Part shown: positions 1-11,180 of the stretch, in pieces
Layout: each line of letters opens with the position of its first letter
Position numbering within the stretch: position 1 is the stretch's first letter
Origin: Camelus dromedarius
Lineage: Eukaryota
Reading direction: 5' to 3'
Length of the DNA stretch: 64,000 bases
NCBI RefSeq assembly: GCF_036321535.1
Contig: NC_087436.1
Span: 117,988,001-118,052,000 of the forward strand
The notes under the pieces: generated by a model
Databases searched by the model: none
Told to the model about the DNA's origin: nothing
The model's input: the letters and a program-made list of their open reading frames with translations, nothing else
Program-made: the position numbers and the translations under genes

Positions 1-900
1 GCGCGCGCGCGCGCGGGGTGGGGGGTGTAGTTCGGAGTTCTCTTTCTCTTTCTTGCCGGCCCTCGGGGGCAGATGTAGAGGCGATCGTATCCTCACTGCG
101 GACACCTCAGTTCATCTGGCTGGGGAAACCTTTCTTTCCATCAGTTCCCTTTTGGCCTCATCCCCCACTTCCAGTCCTTCCGTGCGCACGTGTGTGCACG
201 TGTGTCTGTCTTCTTATTTGGATGTATTCACAAAATGTAGGTTGTAATTTGTACAGATATATTTTAATTTTTTTTTGTAAGATCTACTGGGTCATGTGTC
301 ACATCTCCCTCCCTCCCTCCGTTTTTCCTCCCTTCCTTCCTTCCTTCCGGCCCTCCCTCCCTCCCTGTCTCTCCCTCTCTCCCTCTCCTCCCTCTCTCCC
401 TCCCCTCCTCATCCCTGGGTTTTACCGCGTAGTCACCATGAGGTGGTGGGTCCATGACTTCTAATCGCTACGTTATGCTCCAGGGATGTCCAACTTGCAT
501 TTCGCCCTCTGTCCCCCCGGGGTGGACCCCCAGGGTGCTTCACCTCCCTGTCCTGGGGGGTGATTTGTAGGAAGTCTGATGAAGACAGGAGAGAGACGGG
601 AGACAGGAGCCCGGAGGCTGCGAGATGCGAGGAGCACGCGCGGGGGTCCTGCCTGCGCCTCTGCGCCTGCGTGGCCCTCCGGGAGCGCGCGAGTGGGCGG
701 GCCGGCCAGCGCTGCAAGTAACCGAGCCGCGGGGGGAGCGGGCAGGGGCAGATGCCGGAGTCTCCCGGACCCCTTCCAGGTTCCCGCCGCAGAGTTATAA
801 GCAGGAGGAGCCAAGCTGAGCCTGGCCGGTTGCTCTGGCCCGCTGACCAACTGGCATCCCTTCAACAGATACCCTTTAAATATTCGGCGAATGCTTCTTT
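1..900. promoter_or_regulatory. CpG-rich patch / partial CpG island at the window edge
   Basis: (GC)n run at 1-15, dense CpG at ~600-800; TATA-like TTATAA near 795; no credible coding exon. Confidence 0.55.
305..412. repeat. CT-rich low-complexity (CCCT/CCTT)n tract
   Basis: ctccctccctccctcc...ccttccttccttcc... read directly. Confidence 0.85.
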
Positions 901-1567
901 GGTGGGGGGAGTAGAGAAACTCACTTTCTATTAATAAAAACTGCATGCCTCTCTGTGTTCAAAATAAGAGATTTATTATGTGCATTTATTATAGGCGATT
1001 TTCCGAACCAGACAGCATCTTGGGAGGCATATTAAAGAGTTTAAAATGTAGATAATAAAATAAAGCCCTCGTTTGGGGCAAGCAGTCCTACATAATACCT
1101 CATTCTGTTTCTGGATCTCAGCTGGCTGGGGTCGGCAACCTCACACCCCCTTTTTTTGGCTGGAGTGCTGATACAGATGGGAGAGCCTGGGGCAGAAATA
1201 CCCAGAGGAGTGGGGCATCTCTGGGGAGAGACCTGAGTTTATTTCCACTCCGGGCAGGACCCACTTTAGCAGGACCAGGGCTTAGTTCCCAGTCTGCCAG
1301 CTCTGCACGGACTCCTGTGCAGAGACCTTCACTAAGTGCCCAGGCTTCTGATTTACGAGAGTGATGCTTTCATGACCTTACCGGTCGGTGCCAGCGGCAG
1401 CTGCCCCGCTGGCCCCGCTTCATAGACCACTGGAGGCAGCTGCCTCAGTCCTCACTGCAGCCAAAGGAGGCTAAGTAACTGGCTAAAAGTCACACAGCTC
1501 GTGAGAGATGGAGCTGGGGTTTAAACTCTGCTGATTCCTGAGCCCCGTTTTGCATTGGATCTCACAG

Positions 1568-2045
1568 TGTGTTAACCGTGTCTTTTATTTGCTGTGTTCT
1601 CATGCTTTGACCTCTGGGGTCTTGCTGACCCTGGAGGGACTGCCCCTGCCAGGACTGGCCAGTTCCTACAAGTCATCTAATCCAGAGCCCACTCCCACCC
1701 CCGTCCTCCATCTGGCACTTACTTTCAAGGTCATCGCCCCCACGCCCCACCACCCCTGGGCCAGGTACCAGACTGCGGGGGACAGCTCCAGAGCCCTGGA
1801 GCATACTGAAGTTATTCAGACCAGCCGCTCCCAAGCCTGTGTACCCTGCCTCCGTGTTCCTCCCCATGGGACCCTCAGTAAAGGCTCTTGCCCACCCCAC
1901 CCCCATTCCCTCCACCTCCTGACCAACCCTGGTACTGCTTCATGTGGCCCTGCCTTGCACGTCTCCTCCATCCCCCAGATCTCTGACGATCAGCCGGGGC
2001 AGCATCCCCTGTTGCGTATCCTTGTGACTGACTGGTGCTCCTGAT
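1568..2045 (+). mobile_element. Old ERV1-class LTR remnant (MER31/MER67-like)
   Basis: tgtgttaacc...gctttgacctctggggtcttgctgaccctggagggactgcccc resembles eutherian ERV1 LTR consensus; AGTAAA near 1877; family assignment from memory. Confidence 0.55.
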
Positions 2046-4987
2046 CAAAGTCTCTAAATTCCACCCGAAACACTCACTCATTCATTCATTCTAGCCACTG
2101 ACTCTGAGCCAGGCAGGGCATGGGGACTCAGGCAACAGAGAAATGGCTCCAATGTGGCCCTCGTCCTCGAGACACTCCAGGCCAGCGGCAGGGCAGGCAG
2201 AACAGCCACCAAAGTTGAGTGGGATGCAGTTGGAAACAGGATCACAGGCATCAAGGGGCTCCCTGGCCCCCGAGATGGAGGGACATGTCGCCAACAAGCC
2301 TGTAGCCAGGCTTCTCTGTGCCTCTATAGTCAGAGCTTCTGTTTCCTTTTTTGTTCCAGCGCGTGGGGCATCCCAGCGTGTCCTACGACCTGGAGGCAAA
2401 ACACCAGCCCCTCTGCCCTCACTGCTTCCTTTCTCTCCCTTTGGTCTTTCTTATCTGATCCTGAATCTCATTTGATACTGTCCTCCGCACTTTGTAGCTC
2501 TGCCTCAAGGCCTGCTGTTTGACGGCTGGGTCTGGCCATTAACGTCTTCTCCAGGGAGATCCGGAAAGAGATCCCCAGATGTGCCACTATGGGGTTTGGT
2601 CCTCACCCAGCCAGAGGGAGGCAGTGTTATTAACAACTCCACTTCACAGGTAAGGAAACTGAGGCTTAACCATGGCCACACACCAGCAGATGGCCGAAAG
2701 GGGTTCAAGGCCACAGCATCCTGGCTTCGCTCCACACAGGAGGTAGCAATGGGCTCTGACTTCTTGGAAGTTGAAGCCCTCTGGGCTCTCTGCCAGGCTG
2801 CCTGCAGGTGGAGGGCTCTGGCAAACAAGGACGTGCACCTTAGGTACGAGGCTGTCCAACTCTTCACTTGAAACCATCACAGACCATTGGAAATGACCTA
2901 CGCGTCCCACTGCAGGGGAGTGGTTAGAAGATGCTTTTGCTGGAGCCGTACAAGGCAGCGCCCTGCTCCCATTGGAGCTGCTGCACAGAATATGAGCTCC
3001 TGGGACGTTGTCCTTCGTAATCAGGGCGCTAAAGCGAACTCACAGAGTGTAATTAACATGCACGACGAGCCATATGACATAAACACTTGGGAAGGTACGC
3101 AGCCACGGCTGTGGGCTGGGGGTCACCCGACTTTCATTCTCCTTGAGTTCATCTGCGGCATTCTCTCTTTTCCATATGCAGAGGTGTTATCAAAAACAAT
3201 ACTTTTACTTGAAACAGTCCCTCTCTAATGTCCACCAAATCTGTCTGCTCAGGCAGAGGGACGACCCTAGGAATAAATGCCCCGGAGCTGGGGAGTCTGC
3301 TTGCGCTGGGAACCCAGACACGGCCTCCGGGGCGGGGGAGACACGCGTGGCCTCGGCAGTGGAGGTTTATCTGTAAAACAGAAGCAACAGTCTCCTCTGT
3401 GCTGGTTGGAGAACCGAACGGGGTTACACTCGCGAAGCCCGCGGCCTGGAGCAGAGTAAGTCCCCCACGAGGACCAGGTCGTGTCCACACTCACCGGGCC
3501 TCCTCTCCAGGTGGGCCTGTGCCTCTCCGCCTGTCTTTCCTACCTTCCATCACCCAGCCTCTTCTCCCCTCTCCTGTCTAGCCCTAACTCCTGTAGCCCC
3601 TTCTGTAGAAGGAGCCCCGTGTGCTGGGGTTTCAGCCCAGCCGTCTTCTCGGAGCTGCTTTCTCCGTGAGCTCGTTGAAACCTCAGAACCTCCCAGTGAA
3701 ATAGAATCATCCTGCCCATTTTACAGGGCCCTGCGCCGGACCCAGAGAGGATCAGCACAACGATGGTGGGAAGGAGTGTTGCCCCAGTGTAGACAGGGTG
3801 TTTGGACTCCAACCCCAGGGTCTGATGACCAGGTTCAGATGGGGGCCCCCGACCTCTGGCTGCTGGTTAACTTCTTCAAGCCAGCTTTTTCCCTCTGTAA
3901 ACTGGGGATAACCAGAGTCCTGTGCCCCCTGGGCTGTTGTGATGATTAAAAAAGAAAATCTACAAAAAGTGCTTCATGGGGGAGCCCGCCCTGCAGGAGG
4001 GGGCTCTAGGTGAGGGGGCGGGGGCCCAGGGCCGGGCTGTGTGACTGTGCCGCTGGGCGGGGTGGCATCAGGGCCTCACCTGGGGCAATGACTCTGCCCC
4101 AACCTTTCCAGCCTGATGCTCTGGGGGAGGGAAGTGCGTGGGGTGGAGGGCTTCACAGCAAGTTCATTTCCAGTCAGTCTCCCAGCCCATCAGCTGCCCC
4201 CTCCCTTCCCAGGACCCATGAAAATCCAGGCGCATTTTTCCTTTACTCTTGATGAACCAATAACCTTGAACATTTGAAAATAAAATGTCTATGGCCACAC
4301 AGCCAACTAAAGCTGCATGGCTTTGCAGACATTATAAAACATCAAATTAGATGGAAAATTGCCCAGGGTCCCCGTAAACGAAAATTACTCTTTTTATGGG
4401 GGGAAAAATGACCCTTATAACAGCAACAAACAACTTCGGGCTCTTCCTTTCATTAGCCAGCTCACATGGAGAACAGTCTTGTTCATCCCCTGCCCTGGCC
4501 CCAGCCAATGTTTTTACAACACTTTGCTTTTGCACATTTTCACAGCATTGTAACAGGAAAATGAGGCTCTGCCTGTGTCTCTCCTGTTGGGGGCGGACTT
4601 TTTGCCTAAAGTTTAGGCCTCCTGACTGGTGCTGGCTGGATCCAAGTTTAGTGTGGGGGACTGGAAAGAGCCCTGGCTGGGCCGGGAATGAGACACCAAA
4701 GTCCGCTGTGTGATTTCAGGTTCATTGCTTACCCTCTCTGGGCCATACTTCCTTCTTCCGTGAAAGGAGAGGGTTGGATTAGATCTGGATCAGGGACACT
4801 CAGTGCCGCTAGGAGCCGGCACAGTGACGAACAAGTGGGAAGCACCACTCCAGCGTCAGACCAGGGCCAGTGCCCACCCATTAATGTGCACGTTCTAACA
4901 TTAAACTGAACAATTTGTTTTTCCTGCCCCAGGGCCTCTCAAGAATATTTTGGGGACAAGGGAAAGAGGGAAGATGCAGCTCTGGCT

Positions 4988-5195
4988 TAGGGGTTCTCAA
5001 TCGGAGGATGAGTTTTGCCTTCCCCATAAGACATGTGGCAATGTCTGGAGGTATTTTTGATCGTTGTGACTCAGTGGTCATCTGGTGATGCTCCTGACAT
5101 TAGTGGGTGGAGACCAGGGATGCAGCTAAACATCCTACAATGCACAGGAGGACCATTCATAGCACAGGATTAACCCGCACCAGGTGTCCAAGCGC
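4988..5195 (+). mobile_element. MER20 (hAT-Charlie DNA transposon)
   Basis: gttctcaa...ggcaatgtctggaggtatttttgatcgttgtgac...gggtggagaccagggatgcagctaaacatcctacaatgcacagga is the typical MER20 sequence. Confidence 0.8.
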
Positions 5196-6395
5196 CCGGG
5201 CAGGGGCACATACCCCGCACAGGGCACTCGAGTAGGGAGTCGAGACCGGCTGGTCAGGGGCTGAAACCCACTGCTGGCTTGAATCTTCAGGATGCACAGA
5301 GGTCCATCCCCGAGGGACCCTGCAGCGCTGGCTGTCCACCCTGCAAGTCACCACGCCCAGCAGCCAGAGCTCTGCCTTCACATCCTATGACATGCCTGAA
5401 ACCTGACTTTTGTCGGGCCCAGAGAGCTGCTGCCTGCCACCAAGCCCAAAGCCAGGCCGGGGAAATGGGTGGTGGTGGGGGGGGGGGTCAAGGGAGGAAG
5501 GCCCGGGATGAAGGTGACACCTGGTGCCACAGTCTGATTTTGATGAGTCCCAGCTCCACCCCCCCACCCCCCCAGTTCTCACACTGTGAGGAAGAACTTC
5601 GATGGAAACAGCCGCCCCACTCTCCCTCTCACGCTGCTTTCTTTCCTGCAGGGAACTGGGGAGAAGATGGCCTTTTAAAACCTCAGAGATGGAGCCTTAG
5701 GAAGCCTAGTGAGCGGAGGCCTGGGTGTCAGGGACCTGGGGTCGGAGCTCGGGGCGGCACGTCTGTGGGCCACCACCCTGCTCTCTGATCCTGCTTTCCA
5801 GCCCATAAGATGGGCGAGTGGACACAGACTCCCAAGTCCTGCCGCGCTAGTGGCTTCAGCATTTCCCGGCGCAGAGTGTGAATCCAGGTCGGAAGGTGGC
5901 ACACCGGGTACTTCCCACATGCCACTCGGGTCTGCACACCGTGGGTCCTCTGAGCCACGGATCTGTGGACCTGCAGTTTGGGGAGCGCACGTAAGGACTG
6001 CCTTCTCCTACTTCAAATGCAGAAGCTCCCTCTACCTTCTTCCCAACAGGCAATGTCTTGTCTCTTCTCGACCACTCCAGGGACCGGGAGCCCACCCCGG
6101 GCCCAGACCAGTCAGTTTCTTTCCTGGGCAGCTCTAGCTGGTGGAAGGTCCTTCAGAACCCACCAGACACTGTTCCTTGAGACTTCCATTTGTGGCTCTT
6201 AATTCTACTTTTTGGCATCATCTCCCAAATGACAGTGAAACACATAGCCACAGAGAGTACTTGTGTTTTCTATTCACTCCATTTTTAGGTTGAACACTCC
6301 CAGATCCGTCCTCTGACCCTCCCACCAGCTGCAAATGTGGATATGTATTGATGGGTCTTTCCTTTGGGTGCACCAGCCTGTTCACCCTGGCGTGG

Positions 6396-6460
6396 GCTGT
6401 ATGCAGGGGCATGTGCTCTGGCTGTATGCGGGGGCATGTGCTCTAGCTGTATGCAGTGGG
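6396..6460. repeat. 25-bp tandem repeat, ~2.5 copies
   Basis: gctgtatgcaggggcatgtgctctg / gctgtatgcgggggcatgtgctcta / gctgtatgcagtggg. Confidence 0.85.
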
Positions 6461-7208
6461 TATCACCTCCCTCATTCTGGCCACTCTCCTAGTGATATGG
6501 CCCATAGCAGTGCATTTTGTGTTAGTACCATTCAATGCATTTACAATAATACTGATGAGGCCCTGTGGGCTATTTTTTAAGTGAGAATAGGACAGGTTTT
6601 TAGTGGTCTAACAATCCAGAAAGTCAGCAGAAAATGCTGCAGAAAAAAAAAATGATTCAGAGATATGGAAGGTAGTTTCTAAGCTACTTCTCTCGGTCCT
6701 GAAACCTTATAAGATCCAGGAATCATCCCCATCACCCTGCTGCCCTTCTACTGGAGAAAGCACCCCAGTATCGGGAAGCTTCCCAAGAGGAGGTGACAGA
6801 CATAGGAAGTGCGTTTTGAAATAAGTAGATGTTTTCCAGTGAGATGGGTGTCCAGCAAGGAGAGACCACAGAAGGGAAAACGTGAGGGGCACAGGGAGCA
6901 GCCAGTAGCCAACGTGCCTGGGACCAAGAGGATGGGGGATCCAGGGAACCCAAGAGAGAGAAAGAGGGGTAGGGTGGCCGGGCTGCCTGGAGAAAGGCTT
7001 CGACTGCCCCATTAAAGGGCTCAAGCCCCGTGGGAGTGATCCACCGAGTTATCTCTTAGGACCACCTTGTCTGAGACCTGGGGCAAGTTATGTAACTTCT
7101 CTGAACAGTACATTCTTCAAATTAGAAATAATACTATCTGATTCTAATAATATCTATCTTGTAGTTTGCTGTTAGGATCAGAAGCAACGCAGATGGTCAT
7201 TTGCACTT

Positions 7209-7232
7209 CACACACACACACACACACACACA
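7209..7232. repeat. (CA)n microsatellite
   Basis: cacacacacacacacacacacaca. Confidence 0.95.
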
Positions 7233-7489
7233 GAGCTTAGGTCTATAGGCGTCGGGGGACCAGGGGAGAGTCTGGAGCAGGGAAAGTGTATAGCCACCCT
7301 TGAGTTCTAGAAAGGTCCATGGCCACTGTGTGGATGGAGGGGGCAGGACTAGATAATGAGAGCCCCCCATCAGAAGGCTGCTTTAAGGCAGTTTGGTGGG
7401 GGGGTGCTGGAGAGTTGGTGACAGGTTGGGGGATGTGAAGGCAACTGGTGAGATCAACCAATAGAGATAATAGTCTAGCTTCATTTTTA

Positions 7490-8003
7490 AGACCTGCCTA
7501 CTGAAAATTATAAGATATTGTTGATAGAAATTGAAAAGGCTACAAATAATTGGAAAGGTATCCTGTGCTCATGGATTGGAAGAATGAACACAGTCAAAAT
7601 GCCCTTATTACCTAAAGCAATCTACAGATTCAATAAAATCCTTATCACAATCCCAAGGACATTTTTTTTTCACAGAAATAGAACAAAAAATTTTTTATAT
7701 GGAACCACAGAAGACCCTGAATAGCCAAAGCGGTCTTGAGAAAAAAGAACAAAGCTGGAGGTATCACACACCCTGATTTCAAACTGCACTGCAAAGGCGC
7801 TGTAATCAAACCCACGTGGTGCTGATAGAAAAACAGAAAAACAGATCAACGGGACAGAATAGCGAGCCCAGAAATAAAGCCACACAAGAAAGGACAATTG
7901 ATTTATGATAAAGGAGTAAAGAACACACAATGGAGAAAGGATAGTCTTTTCAATAAATAGTGATGGGAAAACTGGACAGCCATATGCAGAAAAAAATGAA
8001 ACT
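7490..8003 (+). mobile_element. LINE-1 ORF2 fragment (degenerate)
   Basis: ORF 7518-7724 [28 protein letters not shown] matches the L1 ORF2p motif; ends tgggaaaactggacagccatatgcagaaaaaaatgaaact. Confidence 0.9.
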
Positions 8004-8620
8004 AAGTGGTTATTCTAAAAAGATCCCCCAGGAAAAGCAAAGTGAGAATTTACAGCCAGAATCTTAAGCTCAGGTCCTTAATCTAGAATGTCCAGACTCT
8101 GCGTGTGAGCAGGTTATCCTACTGTAAAATGTCCAGGCAGAAACTCAAAGTGGCTGCTTCCTCATCATGGAATCACTGGCTGCTGTGTGTGGAAAGGGCT
8201 GTGTGGGGCCAGGGCAGGGAGACCAGGGAGAGATGCTGGGGGCTTGGTGCAGGCTGGCAGCAGTGGGTGAGAAAGGGCTGGACTTAGGATGTAGGTAGGT
8301 AGCCATGATGACCAGCTTCAGCTAGGAAGGCATTTGATTTGCAGCCCAATTTTAAAGATGAAATGGAGACCCCACCACCACCAAAAAAAGATTAAGAAAT
8401 TTGCCAAACTTCACAGAGCTAAAGGCAATGTACGGACCTATAGAGTCCACACATTTGTGCCTATGAGGCATGAGTTTCCCGGGGTGGGGCATGTCTGACT
8501 CATCACTGTGCCCACACTGAGCACACTGGGTCCTGGCACACAGTAGGGGCTCTGCTTTGGGGAGTTTCGCTGCATCCTGCAAGGAAGCCTCTGGGTCGGA
8601 CTGTGGTTCATTCTGAGAAG

Positions 8621-8639
8621 TGGCCACTAGAGGGCAGCA
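8621..8639 (+). promoter_or_regulatory. CTCF binding motif
   Basis: TGGCCACTAGAGGGCAGCA is a near-perfect CTCF core consensus. Confidence 0.75.
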
Positions 8640-10479
8640 CTGTTTTTCCCTCTGCACAAAGTTACAGGACGCAGGCTTCAGCAGAGTCAACTCGACCTGG
8701 TCCCAGGTCACTGAGGGCAGAGAGACTTTAGGAGTGAGAGACCCAACTTATGACCATCCACCACCAACCCCAGCCGCCTGCCCAAGCCAGAGGAAAAGAA
8801 CAGGAGTTCTGAGGATCCTGGAGGGAGACTGAACAGGACCATCAAGGACCATTGCTACCTTTCTCCCTGGCCCCCATCTTATATCCAAGAAAGGGAGGCC
8901 AAGAAGAGGAAGGGACTTGCCCAGGTCACATGGGGAGTTGGTGCCAGTGTGGTCGCTCTGTTCTCTGAGACCTGCTCCAGCCTTTCTGTCCTGTGACCCC
9001 AGGGGCTTCCATTAGCCCAGCTGACACAGGGAGGTCATTCAGGGGCAGGGTGGGTGGAGTAGATGCAGATGATCAGATCAGTGTCCTGAGGAGGGAGTGA
9101 GGGCTGGAGGGCCAGACAGGGAGTAGACCCGCTGGGGCAGCCTGCTGACCCGGTCCCGATCTGTATTTTCAACCCACAGGCCAGAGAGCAGTCATTGTGA
9201 GAGGCAAACAGTGTTGCTTCTTGGCTTCAGGTGTCAGGGCATTAACCCAGTGTGCACTGATTTTCAATATCTACACCCCACTGCAACTTGACCTTTGCGA
9301 ATCCTCTGTTGCTTTAGAAATGCACATAGAAAGGTCACGTTGATTGTTTCCCAAATCCCCACATAAATATTTACTTGGCTGGCTGAGAACCTCATTCACA
9401 TGTATAAATCTATTTATAATTAACGCCACTTGGCAGTGCTTCCTGTCCACAGCCCAAGGCCAGATTTGGGTGCTCCGGATTTTTCCTGTTGACAGTCAGC
9501 ATGTCCAGGCAAAGCTTTGGGGCTTCTCCAAGCAGCGCCCCCTTTCCCCGACTCATATCCACTGGAGATGCCTGTGAGGGCCCTGCTCATGCTCCTTGGT
9601 CCAGCCCCGCCCTGCCCCCCAGCCTCATCTCCCTGCTCCCTTGATGCCTCCTTGATGAGCTGTTGATTGTAGAGGTAACACTCGCCATGTGCCGGCCTCT
9701 TTTCCAAGTGTGTTCCTCACCATCCCGCATCCACACAACTTTTGGCACAGCCCTGCTCAGTACATGTTATTTTTAACCCCTTTTTAAGGATGTAGAGCCT
9801 GAGGAGGCCAAGAGATGCTAGTGAGGGACAGAATTAAGATTGGAACCAGGTGTCTGGCTGGAGAGTGTATCTCCTTCCCCTCGGTGCGGTACCCTGTCCA
9901 GCTCTGAGCCATCCAACAGCGTCCCGGAAGCTCTGGTGCGGCTGTTCTCTCCTCCCGATGGCCCCGCCCTCCTTTCTTTCTTTGGCACCTCCACCTCCAC
10001 CTCCTCTTCCATGTTCTGCCGAGACCCTCTACCCCAGGTCTTCCTAGGATCAGGCTCCTCACTGGTGACTGTGGGGGATTCTTAGCTGGTACCCAGGGTT
10101 CATTCTCTGATGACGACGTTTGCTTCTCATCACTGCTTTTGGCCAAGTGACTGCATCCCTTTGCTTCCGCCCACACCAGGCTTTCCCTCTGTCTCCCCCC
10201 CCCCCCCCGCTACCCCAGCCCCCTGGGAATACACAGCCCATCGGTTTATCCTGTCTGCTTGTTTTGGCTGGAGAGTAATCAGAGGTGGGGTGACTTCAAG
10301 GTCAAAACAAACCCCACTTTGTGAGCAGGGATGACTTTTCCTGAGGAGTCCGGGTCAAGTATCTCCAGGCCGACCTCTGCCCCCACCCCCAGCCTAGGGC
10401 TGCTAGCAACTAACCATCTCACTTCCCGAACACCCTTGCTGAAGAATACTTAAAAACGTGCAGCCGTGAGGAAGAAGGG

Positions 10480-11180
10480 CTGCTCTTTTGCGGAAAGGGT
10501 CGGAGGTGCGGGTGATAACGGGGCCACGCGACCCCGGGGCGCGGGGGCTGGTCCGTGGTCCTTTTCTGGCAGCTTACCTGCGCTTTCAGGTAAGTTGCTT
10601 CACCTTTGAAGGCTCTGCTGTGTCATCTTAAAGATGGAAGAAATTGTTTTGTTCTGAATGCCTCTCAGGGTTGTTTTGAAACACACGCTGTAACGTGTGT
10701 CAGCGCGTCCCCCGTGGCTCGGTCCACCGCAGAGCATCACAGAAAACAGGCGCCGTGGGAACGGTCTGGAGCGAAGCCGGGGCTTGGGCTGTCTCTCTGA
10801 TAGATCCCTCGGCCGTGGCCACGCTCTCAAGGAGACACTTGCTCCCGGGGGCCGGTCTCCCCGGAGGAGGCACAACCTGTGGCCGGAGATAAGCAGGGGC
10901 TGTAAATCCGTTTTATGGGGCCTGGAACCACGGTCCGCTCGGGCGGCTGCGCGCGCGCCAGGCTGCGGCGAGGCCGGCTTATCAGCGCTTTCAGGGGGCC
11001 TGCGGCTCCGATAAGACGGAAGCGAGACGCCGGCGGGGCCTGCGCCGGGAGCCGGGGGGCCAGAAGCCCAGCCGCGCCAGGGCGCCCCTGCCCGGGGCCG
11101 CCGTGATCCCCGCCTCCCGGCGACGTGCCTCCGCGCAGGCTTTCCAGCTGGCCTGGTGGCTCTGTGGGTCCGCATGACTT
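10480..11180. promoter_or_regulatory. Orphan CpG island / putative enhancer
   Basis: High CpG density (gcgcgcgcc etc.), several GATA sites and Hox-type TTTTATGG; no coding exon. Confidence 0.6.

Noticed and set aside
4470..4485. AGAACA-gtct-TGTTCA as a glucocorticoid/androgen response element
   Set aside because: Spacer is 4 nt rather than the required 3
6396..6460. CRISPR-like repeat array
   Set aside because: Head-to-tail tandem repeat with no spacers, in a mammalian genome
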